This document shows, one piece after another, positions 50,818 through 59,505 of a stretch of 61,000 nucleotides of DNA. The DNA comes from Actinomycetota bacterium (GTDB lineage: Bacteria > Actinomycetota > Thermoleophilia > RBG-16-64-13): positions 1 through 61,000 of the forward strand of contig JAAYCW010000009.1 in NCBI GenBank assembly GCA_012729575.1. The letters run 5' to 3'. Positions within the stretch are counted from its first letter, which is position 1. Every line of letters starts with the position of its first letter. The translations under genes were made by a program, and so were the position numbers. A model generated the notes under the pieces. The model was not told the origin of the DNA, did no database searches, and saw only the letters and a program-made list of their open reading frames with translations.

Positions 50818-51069
50818 ATGCCTGGAAAGAAGCACTCAGGGCGTACACACGACCAGGGTTCGGCCAAACCGACGAACAGGGTGATGCTACGTTTGGGACC
50901 TGAGCATTCCAGCAAGGACTGCCATGATCTGATGCTACGGCTTAAGGCTCAAGCCGAGTGTCTGGAGGAGGTCTTGACGGATATCAGGCGACAGATCGAC
51001 GAGCTCGAGTGTGAAGAGATCCTCGAGCATATACAGGAAGAACAGGAAGAACTCCTGGACTCCGACTGA
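50818..51069 (+). CDS. small hypothetical protein, acidic coiled-coil C-terminus
   Basis: 83 aa; SD AAAGGAG 7 nt upstream. Basic N-terminus (MPGKKHSGRTHDQGSAKPTNR) and helical acidic C-terminus (LEEVLTDIRRQIDELECEEILEHIQEEQEELLDSD). I recognise no family. Confidence 0.55.
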   Translation: MPGKKHSGRTHDQGSAKPTNRVMLRLGPEHSSKDCHDLMLRLKAQAECLEEVLTDIRRQIDELECEEILEHIQEEQEELLDSD

Positions 51070-51450
51070 TCATTCATCCGAGAACATGTCCGGACGGAGG
51101 CCGATGTTCACTATGCTGCAGGCCTGAATAGGATCCAGCCCCAGGGCTTTCGCCTCCTTGACCAGGTCCTCGTCGTCGGACCCGGGATTGAGGAAGAACT
51201 CCTGAGGCGCCTTCTTGACGATGTCGGGAAGCATGCTCCGTCCCACTTTGGGGGGTACGTACATGGAGATACGGTGGACGGGCTCCGGTACGTCGGCGAT
51301 CGACGGATAGGAAGGCAGTCCCTCTACCTCATCTGCACTGGGGTTGACCGGATAGACGGTCCAGCCGCCTTCCACGAACGCTCGAACGGCCTTGTTCCCG
51401 TACTTGCTTCTGTCTGTGGATGCTCCCACGATGACGATGCTCTTGTCCAT
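51070..51450 (-). CDS. CoA-binding domain protein (YccU/YneT-like)
   Basis: ATG at 51450 gives [37 protein letters not shown] (126 aa). The ORF-track start at 51498 adds 16 unsupported codons. Confidence 0.8.
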   Translation of the reverse strand: MDKSIVIVGASTDRSKYGNKAVRAFVEGGWTVYPVNPSADEVEGLPSYPSIADVPEPVHRISMYVPPKVGRSMLPDIVKKAPQEFFLNPGSDDEDLVKEAKALGLDPIQACSIVNIGLRPDMFSDE

Positions 51451-51670
51451 GTTAGATATCTCCAGGGGAAGAATGACCATACACACTCTGCAGGTCACGT
51501 CCTCGTCGTGTGTTGAGGCGGACCGGAGCGGAATGTATCATATCCGGCCGGGTCCGTGCCCCTGGCGGGAAGATGAGTCGCGTAGTGCGGCGGGCCCGCT
51601 CTGCACCCTCGTGGTATCATATCCTGCCTTTTGCGGCTATTACCTTGCAGGACGTGTCATTGGAGGCACC

Positions 51671-51883
51671 TTGAAGGACGACATACATCCCGATTACGTT
51701 GAGAGCAAAGTCACCTGCTCGTGCGGCGAGACGTTCACGACCCGCTCGACCCTTCCGGAAATCAAGGTCGAGGTCTGTTCCGCCTGCCATCCCTTCTACA
51801 CCGGCAAGCAGAAGCTGGTCGACACCGCCGGTCGGGTGGAGAGGTTCAATAGGAAGTACCGCCGCGCCGAGAAGAGCAAGTAG
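51671..51883 (+). CDS. rpmE: 50S ribosomal protein L31 (Zn-ribbon type A)
   Basis: TTG at 51671 after GGAGG gives (M)[47 protein letters not shown] (70 aa). The ORF-track start at 51392 is an over-extension. Confidence 0.92.
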   Translation: MKDDIHPDYVESKVTCSCGETFTTRSTLPEIKVEVCSACHPFYTGKQKLVDTAGRVERFNRKYRRAEKSK

Positions 51884-51898
51884 CTCATCGGCCCGTCT

Positions 51899-52669
51899 AT
51901 GAGCGGCGCGTCGGCTGTGCCTGCCGAGCTCAAGGTCACGCTTCTTCAGCACACCCCTCTGCCCGAGCGGGCGGTGGCCTCCGCGGGTAGGTTGTGTTAT
52001 GCACCGGTCAGCGCCGCCGAACTCAAAGAGGTCATGAGCGAGGACGACGTGCGCCGCTTGGTGCGTGGACTGGTGCGGTCGGGGCATATGAGCGCTCTTG
52101 AGCACGCCGGCTTCACCTTCGCCATAGACGGCATATCGAGGGCCTGTTCCCATCAACTGGTCAGGCACAGAGTCGCGTCGTACAGCCAGCAGTCGCAACG
52201 TTACGTGCGTTTCGGTTCTGAAGGGGGCTTCGTCGTACCGCCGCACATCGCCGCCTCACCGGAGGAGTACGCAGTGTTCCAAGAAGCCATGGAGAATGCC
52301 CGCCGGTCCTACGAACGATTGGTGGAGTTGGGCTTGGCCGAGGGGCGGGGCAACGAATCTGTGTTCGAGGACGCTCGCTTCGTCCTCCCTAATGCAGCTG
52401 AGACCAAGGTAGTGGTGACCATGAACGCCCGCGAGCTCAGGCACTTCTTCGCCCTCCGGTGTTGCCGCCGGGCCCAGTGGGAGATAAGCCGGCTCGCCTG
52501 GACCATGCGCCATCTCGTGTGTTCGGTCGCTCCGTTGCTCTTCGAAGGCTCCGGTCCGGGGTGCATGATCGGTGGCTGCCCCGAAGGGAAGATGTCGTGC
52601 GGCCGGTCTTATACGGACGAAGAGATCGACGCAATGGAGCTGGACCGGTTCGTCGGAGACGTGGGTTGA
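51899..52669 (+). CDS. thyX: FAD-dependent thymidylate synthase ThyX
   Basis: ThyX signature RHRVASYSQQSQRY; 256 aa. The C-terminus carries the Cys motif GCMIGGCPEGKMSCG. Confidence 0.93.
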   Translation: MSGASAVPAELKVTLLQHTPLPERAVASAGRLCYAPVSAAELKEVMSEDDVRRLVRGLVRSGHMSALEHAGFTFAIDGISRACSHQLVRHRVASYSQQSQRYVRFGSEGGFVVPPHIAASPEEYAVFQEAMENARRSYERLVELGLAEGRGNESVFEDARFVLPNAAETKVVVTMNARELRHFFALRCCRRAQWEISRLAWTMRHLVCSVAPLLFEGSGPGCMIGGCPEGKMSCGRSYTDEEIDAMELDRFVGDVG

Positions 52670-52670
52670 A

Positions 52671-53798
52671 ATGACTTCATACGTTTCAGCCGGAGAGGAT
52701 GGAGCCCTCCGCGACATGCCGGTCGTCTATGAGGATGATGCTGCCGTCGAAGACGGGGCAGAAGGGGCCTGCACCTGGGAGCACACCTTCGGTGGTCAGG
52801 CGGTCATCGAAGGTGTGCTGATGCGGGGCAAGCATAGCTGGGGGATGGCCGTGCGCAGGCCCTCGGGTGGCATCGCGCGGGTGGCCTTTCCTCTGGAATC
52901 ACTGGGTTCTCGCCACCGCTGGATGAGATTGCCTGTGGTGCGTGGAGTAGTGTCTCTCTATGAGTCTCTGAGCCTAGGCATCAAGGCGCTGGGCATGTCG
53001 GCGAACATCGGCCTCGAGGATCCCGGCGCGCCGTCCGAGACGAGCACGGTCGACGACCCGGCGCCGGGCGCGGGTGTTGTGCCGGTGGCAGACGAGGCTT
53101 CGGAAGTTGTCGGTGACACCGGGAGCGAGGGGCTGGAGGAGAAGCCGGCCTTTGGCTGGAAGGAACTGGCCGTCACTGTGGTGGTGGCCGTGGCCTTTGC
53201 CGTCGGCCTCTTCGTGGTCGTGCCTCTAGCTGTGGTGAAGTACTTCGAAGAGACCTTCTCCAACCCCTTCGTCTTCAACCTGGTGGAGGGGATCATCCGG
53301 ATAGCCATATTCATCCTCTACATCGTGGTGGTCTCTCTGCTCCCCGACCTGCGGCGCGTGTTCCAGTACCACGGTGCGGAGCACAAAGTCATCCACGCAT
53401 ATGAGTCCTGTGGAAGGCCGGATGCCAAGAGAGCGGTCATGTTCTCGCCGCGGCATCCGCGGTGCGGCACCGGGTTCCTGCTCCTAGTCATGGTCATCGC
53501 AGTCCTGGTATTCGCGATCGTGGGCAAGCCCAGTCTGCCCTGGTTGGTGCTTTCGCGACTTCTCGGTATCCCACTGATCATCGGGATCTCGTACGAGATA
53601 GGCATCAAGTGGGCGGGAAAGCATCCAAACGGGTTCTTCGCCCGCATTCTGCTGTGGCCGGGTATACAACTGCAGCGTCTGACCACCCGGGAGCCGACCC
53701 CGGACCAATTGGAGGTGGCCGCCGCTGCGCTGGAAGAGGTTATGCGGATGGATGAGGCGGAGAGGGCGGCCCAAGCAGGGATGGCGGCGGAGGCATGA
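52671..53798 (+). CDS. DUF1385-family membrane protein (YqhQ-like)
   Basis: ATG at 52671. Hallmark GGQAVIEGVLMRG followed by about 4 TM helices and HGAEHKVIHAYE. Typical position upstream of prfA. Has a low-complexity insert at aa ~115-165. The start could also be the later ATG (MPVVYEDD). Confidence 0.8.
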   Translation: MTSYVSAGEDGALRDMPVVYEDDAAVEDGAEGACTWEHTFGGQAVIEGVLMRGKHSWGMAVRRPSGGIARVAFPLESLGSRHRWMRLPVVRGVVSLYESLSLGIKALGMSANIGLEDPGAPSETSTVDDPAPGAGVVPVADEASEVVGDTGSEGLEEKPAFGWKELAVTVVVAVAFAVGLFVVVPLAVVKYFEETFSNPFVFNLVEGIIRIAIFILYIVVVSLLPDLRRVFQYHGAEHKVIHAYESCGRPDAKRAVMFSPRHPRCGTGFLLLVMVIAVLVFAIVGKPSLPWLVLSRLLGIPLIIGISYEIGIKWAGKHPNGFFARILLWPGIQLQRLTTREPTPDQLEVAAAALEEVMRMDEAERAAQAGMAAEA

Positions 53799-54871
53799 TC
53801 GAACGGCTGGCAGCTGAGATAGAGGATAGGTACCTCTCGCTTACGGAGGAGCTGTCCGACCCCGAGGTGTTCCGCGACCAGTCGCGCTACGCCGAATTGT
53901 CCAAGGCGCACTCCGATCTGGAGGAGTCATACCGGCTGGCTGTGGCCCACCGGGAGGCACGTGCCTCGCTCGAGGAAGCAGAGTCCATGCTGGACGAGGG
54001 CGGGCTCGATCCGGAGATGAAAGAGTTCCTTATAGAAGAGAAGAACTCCGCTCGGGAGAGGCTGGAAGACTTGGAGCAGAAGCTGCGCTTGACGGTCTTG
54101 GAGAAGGATCCGCTTGACGAGAGGAACGCCATCGTGGAGGTCCGGGCTGGGGCCGGCGGTGACGAGGCTGCGCTCTTCGCGGCCGAGATCCAGCGCATGC
54201 TCATGCGTTACGCTGAGCGGATGCGTCTGAAGACTGAGATCCTGTCCATGACCGAAGCGACCCTGGGTGGTATCAAGGAGGTCATCTTCGGAGTCAAAGG
54301 CCGCAATGCCTACGGGACTCTCAAGTACGAATCCGGCGTGCATCGCGTCCAACGTGTGCCGGTGACAGAATCGACGGGCCGCATCCACACTTCGACGGTT
54401 ACAGTGGCGGTGCTTCCTGAGGTGGAGGAGGTCGAGATACAGATCGACCCTAATGAGGTGAGGGTCGACGTCTACCGCTCCACCGGCCCCGGTGGGCAGT
54501 CGGTGAACACCACCGATTCGGCGGTTAGGCTCACGCATATACCCACCGGCCTTGTGGTTTCCTGCCAGGATGAGAAGTCTCAATTGCAGAACAAGGAGCG
54601 GGCCTTCCGCATCCTCAGAGCCCGTCTTTACGACATCGCCCAAGCCGAGCAGACCGCCCAGTTGGCGGCCCAGCGCCGCAGCCAGGTGGGTACGGGCGAT
54701 CGTGCCCAGAAGATCCGCACCTACAACTTCCCACAAGGCCGGGTCACCGACCACCGGGTGGGGCTGACCTCGCACCGTATCGAGGCCATACTCCAAGGCG
54801 AGTTGGACGAATTCACCGAGGCCATGGAGGCTCAGGTGCGGGCCGATCAGCTGGCCGCCGCTGAGTTCTAA
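53795..54871 (+). CDS. prfA: peptide chain release factor 1
   Basis: ATGA overlap with the upstream stop. RF1 tripeptide PVT in RVQRVPVTES; GGQ motif STGPGGQSVNTT. Confidence 0.97.
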   Translation: MIERLAAEIEDRYLSLTEELSDPEVFRDQSRYAELSKAHSDLEESYRLAVAHREARASLEEAESMLDEGGLDPEMKEFLIEEKNSARERLEDLEQKLRLTVLEKDPLDERNAIVEVRAGAGGDEAALFAAEIQRMLMRYAERMRLKTEILSMTEATLGGIKEVIFGVKGRNAYGTLKYESGVHRVQRVPVTESTGRIHTSTVTVAVLPEVEEVEIQIDPNEVRVDVYRSTGPGGQSVNTTDSAVRLTHIPTGLVVSCQDEKSQLQNKERAFRILRARLYDIAQAEQTAQLAAQRRSQVGTGDRAQKIRTYNFPQGRVTDHRVGLTSHRIEAILQGELDEFTEAMEAQVRADQLAAAEF

Positions 54872-54890
54872 CAGCGGCGAGGAGAACGCC

Positions 54891-56423
54891 GTGGCACCGT
54901 GGACCATCGCCTCGTTGTTGGATACGGCGACCGGCTATCTGCGTGAGAAGGGTTCTACCTCCCCCCGTTTGGATGCCGAGGTTCTCCTGGCGGAAAGCCT
55001 TGAGACGGATCGGGTCCGTCTCTATACAGAGTTCGACCGGCCGCTATCGACGGAGGAAGTCGACCGGTACCGAGCTCTCGTTGCGCGCCGGGCCGCTCGT
55101 GAGCCGGTGGCATATATCACCGGCCGGGCCCATTTTCGACACCTTGTCCTTGAGGTGTCTCCAGCCGTGTTGATTCCCCGCCCCGAGACAGAAGAACTGG
55201 TAGATATCGCCCTGCAGTCTCTGCGGCGCCGCCCGCTCTTGGGTGAGGGGGTGGGGGGTCCGCTGGTCGTGGATGTGGGTACGGGGAGCGGGGCTATCGC
55301 GGTCAGCCTGGCCCAGGAGGCCGGGGTACGCGTTCTTGCCGTGGACTCCAGCGCGGAGGCGTCTCAGCTGGCGGCCCGGAACGCCGTGGCTGCGGGTGTT
55401 GAAGGGTTGGTGGAGTTTCGAGAGGCCGATCTCCTGACGGGGGTGGCCGCGGGCAGTCTCCGCCTGGTGGTGAGTAACCCACCGTACGTGCGCACGGGAG
55501 ACATGGCCTCCTTGGATCTGGATATCCGTCTCTACGAACCTGCCTCGGCGCTGGATGCCGGCCCCGATGGACAGGCGTGTTTCCGCCGTCTGCTGCCGGC
55601 TGCCGCCCGGGCCCTTGGCCCGGGCGGCAGCGCCATCCTGGAAGTGGGCGATGGTCAAGCCGGGATTGTAGCTACACTTGCCCGCGAGGCCGGCTTCCAT
55701 CTCATCACCGTACACAAGGATATGTCGCAGAAGGACCGCATGGTGGAGGCGACACTTCCTGGAGCTCTGGCCATGGCTGTGGAGGGGTTGGATGCAACGA
55801 ACACGGGACTGTTGAAGGCAGCGCTCCGGGAGGGTGCCGTCATCGGTGTTCCGACCGACACTGTGTACGGCATCGGGGCCGCGTGGGACTCATCGGTGGG
55901 AGTGCGGAAGCTTTTCGAGGCCAAGGGCAGACCGGCCGAACAACCGGTGGCGGTGCTGTTTCCGTCGGTAGAGGCGGTTGAAGAGGCTGTTTCCGATCTG
56001 GACGAGGCTTGCGTGAGGGTCCTTCGGGCTCTGCTGCCCGGCCCGTTCACATTCGTGGTCACTACCACAGTCAGTCGGCCGCCGGACGTGGGCTCGGTAG
56101 ACTCCCTGGGGGTGAGAGTCCCCGGCGATCCCTGCCTGAGCGATCTGCTGAGGAGGCTGGACACACCTCTCGCGGCGACGAGTGCTAACGTGTCGGGCGG
56201 TAGGGAAGTTCCCGACTTAAGTGGCGCCGATCCGGAGGTGCTGGCGCACTGCTCAGTCGCGTTCAGGGGGCCGGTCGCGCGCTCCGGAGACGTGCGGCTC
56301 AAGCCGGCGGCCTCTACGGTGGTGGACCTTCGACCTCTTGGGGAGGGCGGGGTTCCTGTCGTTATCCGGGAGGGCGTGGTGCAGGCGGGCTCGGTGCTGG
56401 AGCGTATCGCTGCACTGTTCTGA
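54891..56423 (+). CDS. prmC-tsaC: fusion: release-factor glutamine methyltransferase PrmC + L-threonylcarbamoyladenylate synthase TsaC/YwlC-type
   Basis: GTG start after GAGGAG. aa 1-290: SAM motif VVDVGTGSGAI and catalytic VVSNPPYV (PrmC/HemK). aa 295-510: GAVIGVPTDTVYGIGAAW, KGRPAEQPVAVL, LPGPFTFVV, SANVSG (YrdC/TsaC domain). Confidence 0.88.
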   Translation: MAPWTIASLLDTATGYLREKGSTSPRLDAEVLLAESLETDRVRLYTEFDRPLSTEEVDRYRALVARRAAREPVAYITGRAHFRHLVLEVSPAVLIPRPETEELVDIALQSLRRRPLLGEGVGGPLVVDVGTGSGAIAVSLAQEAGVRVLAVDSSAEASQLAARNAVAAGVEGLVEFREADLLTGVAAGSLRLVVSNPPYVRTGDMASLDLDIRLYEPASALDAGPDGQACFRRLLPAAARALGPGGSAILEVGDGQAGIVATLAREAGFHLITVHKDMSQKDRMVEATLPGALAMAVEGLDATNTGLLKAALREGAVIGVPTDTVYGIGAAWDSSVGVRKLFEAKGRPAEQPVAVLFPSVEAVEEAVSDLDEACVRVLRALLPGPFTFVVTTTVSRPPDVGSVDSLGVRVPGDPCLSDLLRRLDTPLAATSANVSGGREVPDLSGADPEVLAHCSVAFRGPVARSGDVRLKPAASTVVDLRPLGEGGVPVVIREGVVQAGSVLERIAALF

Positions 56424-56582
56424 CCGGCGGGTGGCATGCGGCTCGGTACGTTCGCTACGTAGCTCGGCAGGCGGCTTGTCTTGGCGGCCGATCGTCTACC
56501 CCGGCGGAGCCTGCGGGCGATGAGAACGGGGCCGGGGACGTCATCTGATATTCTTGAGATTCGTCGGCGTAGGAGGTGGGTC

Positions 56583-57029
56583 ATGCGGTACGGTTTTGGG
56601 TGCGATCATGCCGGATTCGAGCTTAAGGAAGTGCTGATCAGAGAGCTGTTGGCCGCCGGTCACGAAGTGGTAGACATGGGTACCGACAGCCCCGAACGAA
56701 CCGATTTTGCCATCTACGCGAACAAGGTGGCGCAGGCGGTCAGCGAGGGGACGCTGGATAGAGGGGTTCTGGTCTGCGGTACGGGGTTAGGCATGGCAAT
56801 GGCCGCCGGCAGGTTCCCTGATATCAGGGCCGTTTCGGTCACCGACTGTTTTTCGGCCCGTATGTCCCGACGGCACAACGACGCCAACATCTTGTGTTTG
56901 GGCGCGCGGGTGGTCGGTGCGGGATTGGCTGTCGAGGTTCTCAAAACCTGGATGTCGGAGGGTTTCGAAGGCGGACGCTACGCGGAACGGCTCGAAATGA
57001 TGCGCGGAGGATACAAGGGAGGAACTTGA
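56583..57029 (+). CDS. rpiB: ribose-5-phosphate isomerase B
   Basis: ATG at 56583 after AGGAGGTGGG gives [18 protein letters not shown]...[17 protein letters not shown]...[15 protein letters not shown] (148 aa). Confidence 0.92.
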   Translation: MRYGFGCDHAGFELKEVLIRELLAAGHEVVDMGTDSPERTDFAIYANKVAQAVSEGTLDRGVLVCGTGLGMAMAAGRFPDIRAVSVTDCFSARMSRRHNDANILCLGARVVGAGLAVEVLKTWMSEGFEGGRYAERLEMMRGGYKGGT

Positions 57030-57031
57030 GA

Positions 57032-58312
57032 TTGAGCAGTGTGCCTAGCCAGGCGCGAAACGGCGACCGTCCGCTCGACCAGGCCGATCCTGTCATCAGT
57101 CGGCTTATTCGGCAAGAACTGCACCGTCAGCGACAAGACATACAATTGATCGCCTCGGAGAACTTCACGGCTGTCTCAGTTCTCGAGGCCATGGGAAGCG
57201 TTCTCACTAACAAGTACGCGGAGGGCTATCCCGGGAGACGCTACTACGGGGGCTGCGAGATCGTCGACGCTGTAGAGACGCTGGCGATAGAGAGGGCCAA
57301 GGAGCTGTACGGCGCCGAGCATGCGAATGTGCAGCCCCATTCCGGCTCTACGGCGAACGAGGCCGTGTACTGCGCAGCGCTTGAACCGGGGGACACCGTC
57401 CTGGCCATGAGCCTGGCCCACGGAGGTCATCTGACTCACGGCCTCGAGGCCAACTTCTCCGGCCGGAACTACAAGTTCTTCCATTACGGGGTCCGCAGAG
57501 AGACAGGGCGGATCGACCTCGATGAAGTACGCACTTTGGCCGGGAAGCATCGGCCCAAGCTGATCGTGGTGGGGGCGAGCGCCTATCCGCGCACCTTGGA
57601 TTACGCCGCCTTTCGCGAGATCGCTGATGAAGTGGGTGCGGAGCTGATGGCCGACATGGCGCACATCGCCGGTCTCGTTGCCGCCGATGTGCATCCTTCT
57701 CCCCTTCCCCACTGCGATTGGGTCTCCACCACCACGCACAAGACTCTGACCGGTCCTAGGGGAGGAGCCTGCTTCTGCCGGGCGGAGAACGCGGCGCGCC
57801 TGGACAAAGCGGTGTTCCCTGGGCTCCAGGGCGGTCCGCTGGAGCACGTGATCGCGGGCAAGGCGGTGTGTTTCTTGTTGGCCTCGACCGATGAGTTCAA
57901 GGCGAAACAACGGGCCACGATCGAGAACGCGGCGGTCTTGGCCGAGACTCTCATCGACGGAGGGCTGCGACTGGTTTCTGGGGGGACCGACAACCACCTC
58001 CTGCTGGTGGACTTCTCTCAGACTGAGATGACGGGCGCGCGGGCGCAGGAGTTGCTCAGGTGTGTGGGTATCGCGGCGAACAAGAACGTGGTCCCCTACG
58101 ACACGCGTCCGACAACGGTCACTTCGGGGCTGCGTCTGGGGACGCCGGCCATGACCACCCGTGGCTTCGGGCCGGATGAGATGCGCGAGGTGGGTCGGAT
58201 CATTCTGGAAGCGCTGACTGCCCAGCCCAACGACTTTGCTCTCGACGGGCTCAGGCAGCGCAGCCTTGCCCTTGCTGGGGCCTTCCCTCTCTACCCGACA
58301 CTGGGAGAGTGA
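57032..58312 (+). CDS. glyA: serine hydroxymethyltransferase
   Basis: [39 protein letters not shown]; PLP lysine in [13 protein letters not shown]. The start is placed at TTG 57032 (SD GGGAGG 9 nt upstream). TTG 57026 and GTG 57041 are alternatives. The ORF-track start at 56894 lies inside rpiB. Confidence 0.93.
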   Translation: MSSVPSQARNGDRPLDQADPVISRLIRQELHRQRQDIQLIASENFTAVSVLEAMGSVLTNKYAEGYPGRRYYGGCEIVDAVETLAIERAKELYGAEHANVQPHSGSTANEAVYCAALEPGDTVLAMSLAHGGHLTHGLEANFSGRNYKFFHYGVRRETGRIDLDEVRTLAGKHRPKLIVVGASAYPRTLDYAAFREIADEVGAELMADMAHIAGLVAADVHPSPLPHCDWVSTTTHKTLTGPRGGACFCRAENAARLDKAVFPGLQGGPLEHVIAGKAVCFLLASTDEFKAKQRATIENAAVLAETLIDGGLRLVSGGTDNHLLLVDFSQTEMTGARAQELLRCVGIAANKNVVPYDTRPTTVTSGLRLGTPAMTTRGFGPDEMREVGRIILEALTAQPNDFALDGLRQRSLALAGAFPLYPTLGE

Positions 58313-58313
58313 G

Positions 58314-58784
58314 GTGGCGGGCCGGGAGCCTCGGGGGCCTGTGTCTCGCCCGAGCTGGGAGGAGTACTTCATGGAGATCGCCCGGGTGGTCGCCACTCGG
58401 TCCACCTGCCTACGCCGGCACGTGGGCGCGGTACTGGTGAAGAACAGGCAGATTCTCGCCACTGGGTACAACGGTGTTCCCAGGGGAATAGCCCATTGCG
58501 ACGAACGCGGGTGTCTACGCGACGCGCTCGGCATACCCTCCGGTGAGCGACACGAGCTGTGCCGCGGGCTACATGCGGAGCAGAACGCCATAATCCAGGC
58601 CGCCTACCACGGAGTATCTGTCAGCGGCTCTGAGATCTACGTGACGTTGCAGCCGTGCGTGACCTGCGCGAAGACTCTCATCAACGCAGGTGTCGTCGCC
58701 GTCTATTTCTGCGGCGTGTATCCGGATGATCTTTCCATGGAGATGTTTGAGGAAGCGGGTACTCGTCTGGTCCGGATGAGCTGA
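58314..58784 (+). CDS. dCMP deaminase (ComEB-type cytidine/deoxycytidylate deaminase)
   Basis: GTG at 58314. [20 protein letters not shown], Zn motifs HAEQNAI and [14 protein letters not shown]. Confidence 0.88.
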   Translation: MAGREPRGPVSRPSWEEYFMEIARVVATRSTCLRRHVGAVLVKNRQILATGYNGVPRGIAHCDERGCLRDALGIPSGERHELCRGLHAEQNAIIQAAYHGVSVSGSEIYVTLQPCVTCAKTLINAGVVAVYFCGVYPDDLSMEMFEEAGTRLVRMS

Positions 58785-58830
58785 AAAAGAACACGTGGAT
58801 ACATTGGCTGAACAATGCATATCATTTTTC

Positions 58831-58859
58831 TTGCGCTTCCAAAGACCAGTGTCTATAAT
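58831..58859 (+). promoter_or_regulatory. strong sigma-70-type promoter upstream of the atp operon
   Basis: -35 TTGCGC (58831-58836), exactly 17 nt, consensus -10 TATAAT (58854-58859), inside the most AT-rich stretch I noticed in the window. Confidence 0.65.
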
Positions 58860-59031
58860 GCGACGCGTGTACTGATGAGCGTTGGCTCCCGCCGTACCGC
58901 GCAGGAGGCGGTGGTCAGGCCCGTACTTTTTCACGGCGACCGTTGGTGGCCCTTGCCGGTCAGGCGGCGGTGGCTTGATAGTGGGTCGTAGCTTGTAGTC
59001 GCGTGGTATCCGTGGGTGCGGGTCCAGGGTC

Positions 59032-59505
59032 TTGTGCTTGGTGCAGGCCCTCTTCTCGACCGGCTCAGACGGCCGCAATGGGGGGAGGGGTGCAGACCGG
59101 GTCGCAGGTCCGGCCGGTGCTCGTGTAAGAGGAACGCTGGGTGAACTGGGGGAGGGTGTTCTGGCGCTGACTCTGATATCGGTCGTTGTTGGATTGGTCA
59201 TCGCGCTTGCGTATCATTACCTTTCGATGCGTTCTCAGCGCTGGGCGTCTCAGAAGAGAGCCCTGATGCAGCCCGCCATCACCATCCTCGGCTTCTTAGT
59301 CCGTCTCGCCATCTTCGTCGGGATACTTCTGGTTATCGGTTTCTGGTCTCCGCTCAATATCCTTGCCGTCTGCCTCTCTTTCGTCGTTGTGTTCACCATC
59401 CTGAATGGTATCTGGCTCTATGTTCTGGCCACCAAACGACGCCAAGTGCCACCTCCGGCGGGCACCGGCGGGGCGAAGCTAGGAGACCCGGATGCTGCTG
59501 GCTGA
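59032..59505 (+). CDS. AtpI-like small membrane protein preceding atpB (start uncertain)
   Basis: The C-terminal 110 aa contain 3 hydrophobic helices (LALTLISVVVGLVIALAYHYL; AITILGFLVRLAIFVGILLVIGF; LNILAVCLSFVVVFTILNGIWLYVL). The 3' end overlaps the atpB start. The N-terminal ~45 codons (from TTG 59032) are unsupported and ATG 59227 is an alternative start. Confidence 0.5.
   Translation: MCLVQALFSTGSDGRNGGRGADRVAGPAGARVRGTLGELGEGVLALTLISVVVGLVIALAYHYLSMRSQRWASQKRALMQPAITILGFLVRLAIFVGILLVIGFWSPLNILAVCLSFVVVFTILNGIWLYVLATKRRQVPPPAGTGGAKLGDPDAAG

Noticed and set aside
58872-58879. CTGATGAG, the conserved hammerhead-ribozyme core box, in the atp leader
   Set aside because: There is no downstream GAAA core or helix II/III arrangement within 80 nt. 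An 8-mer match alone is expected by chance.
58569-59201. 210-aa minus-strand ORF spanning the dCMP deaminase 3' end and the atp leader
   Set aside because: It overlaps a confident plus-strand gene and has a Pro/Arg/Thr-rich composition. It has no SD or start context, so it is a shadow ORF.
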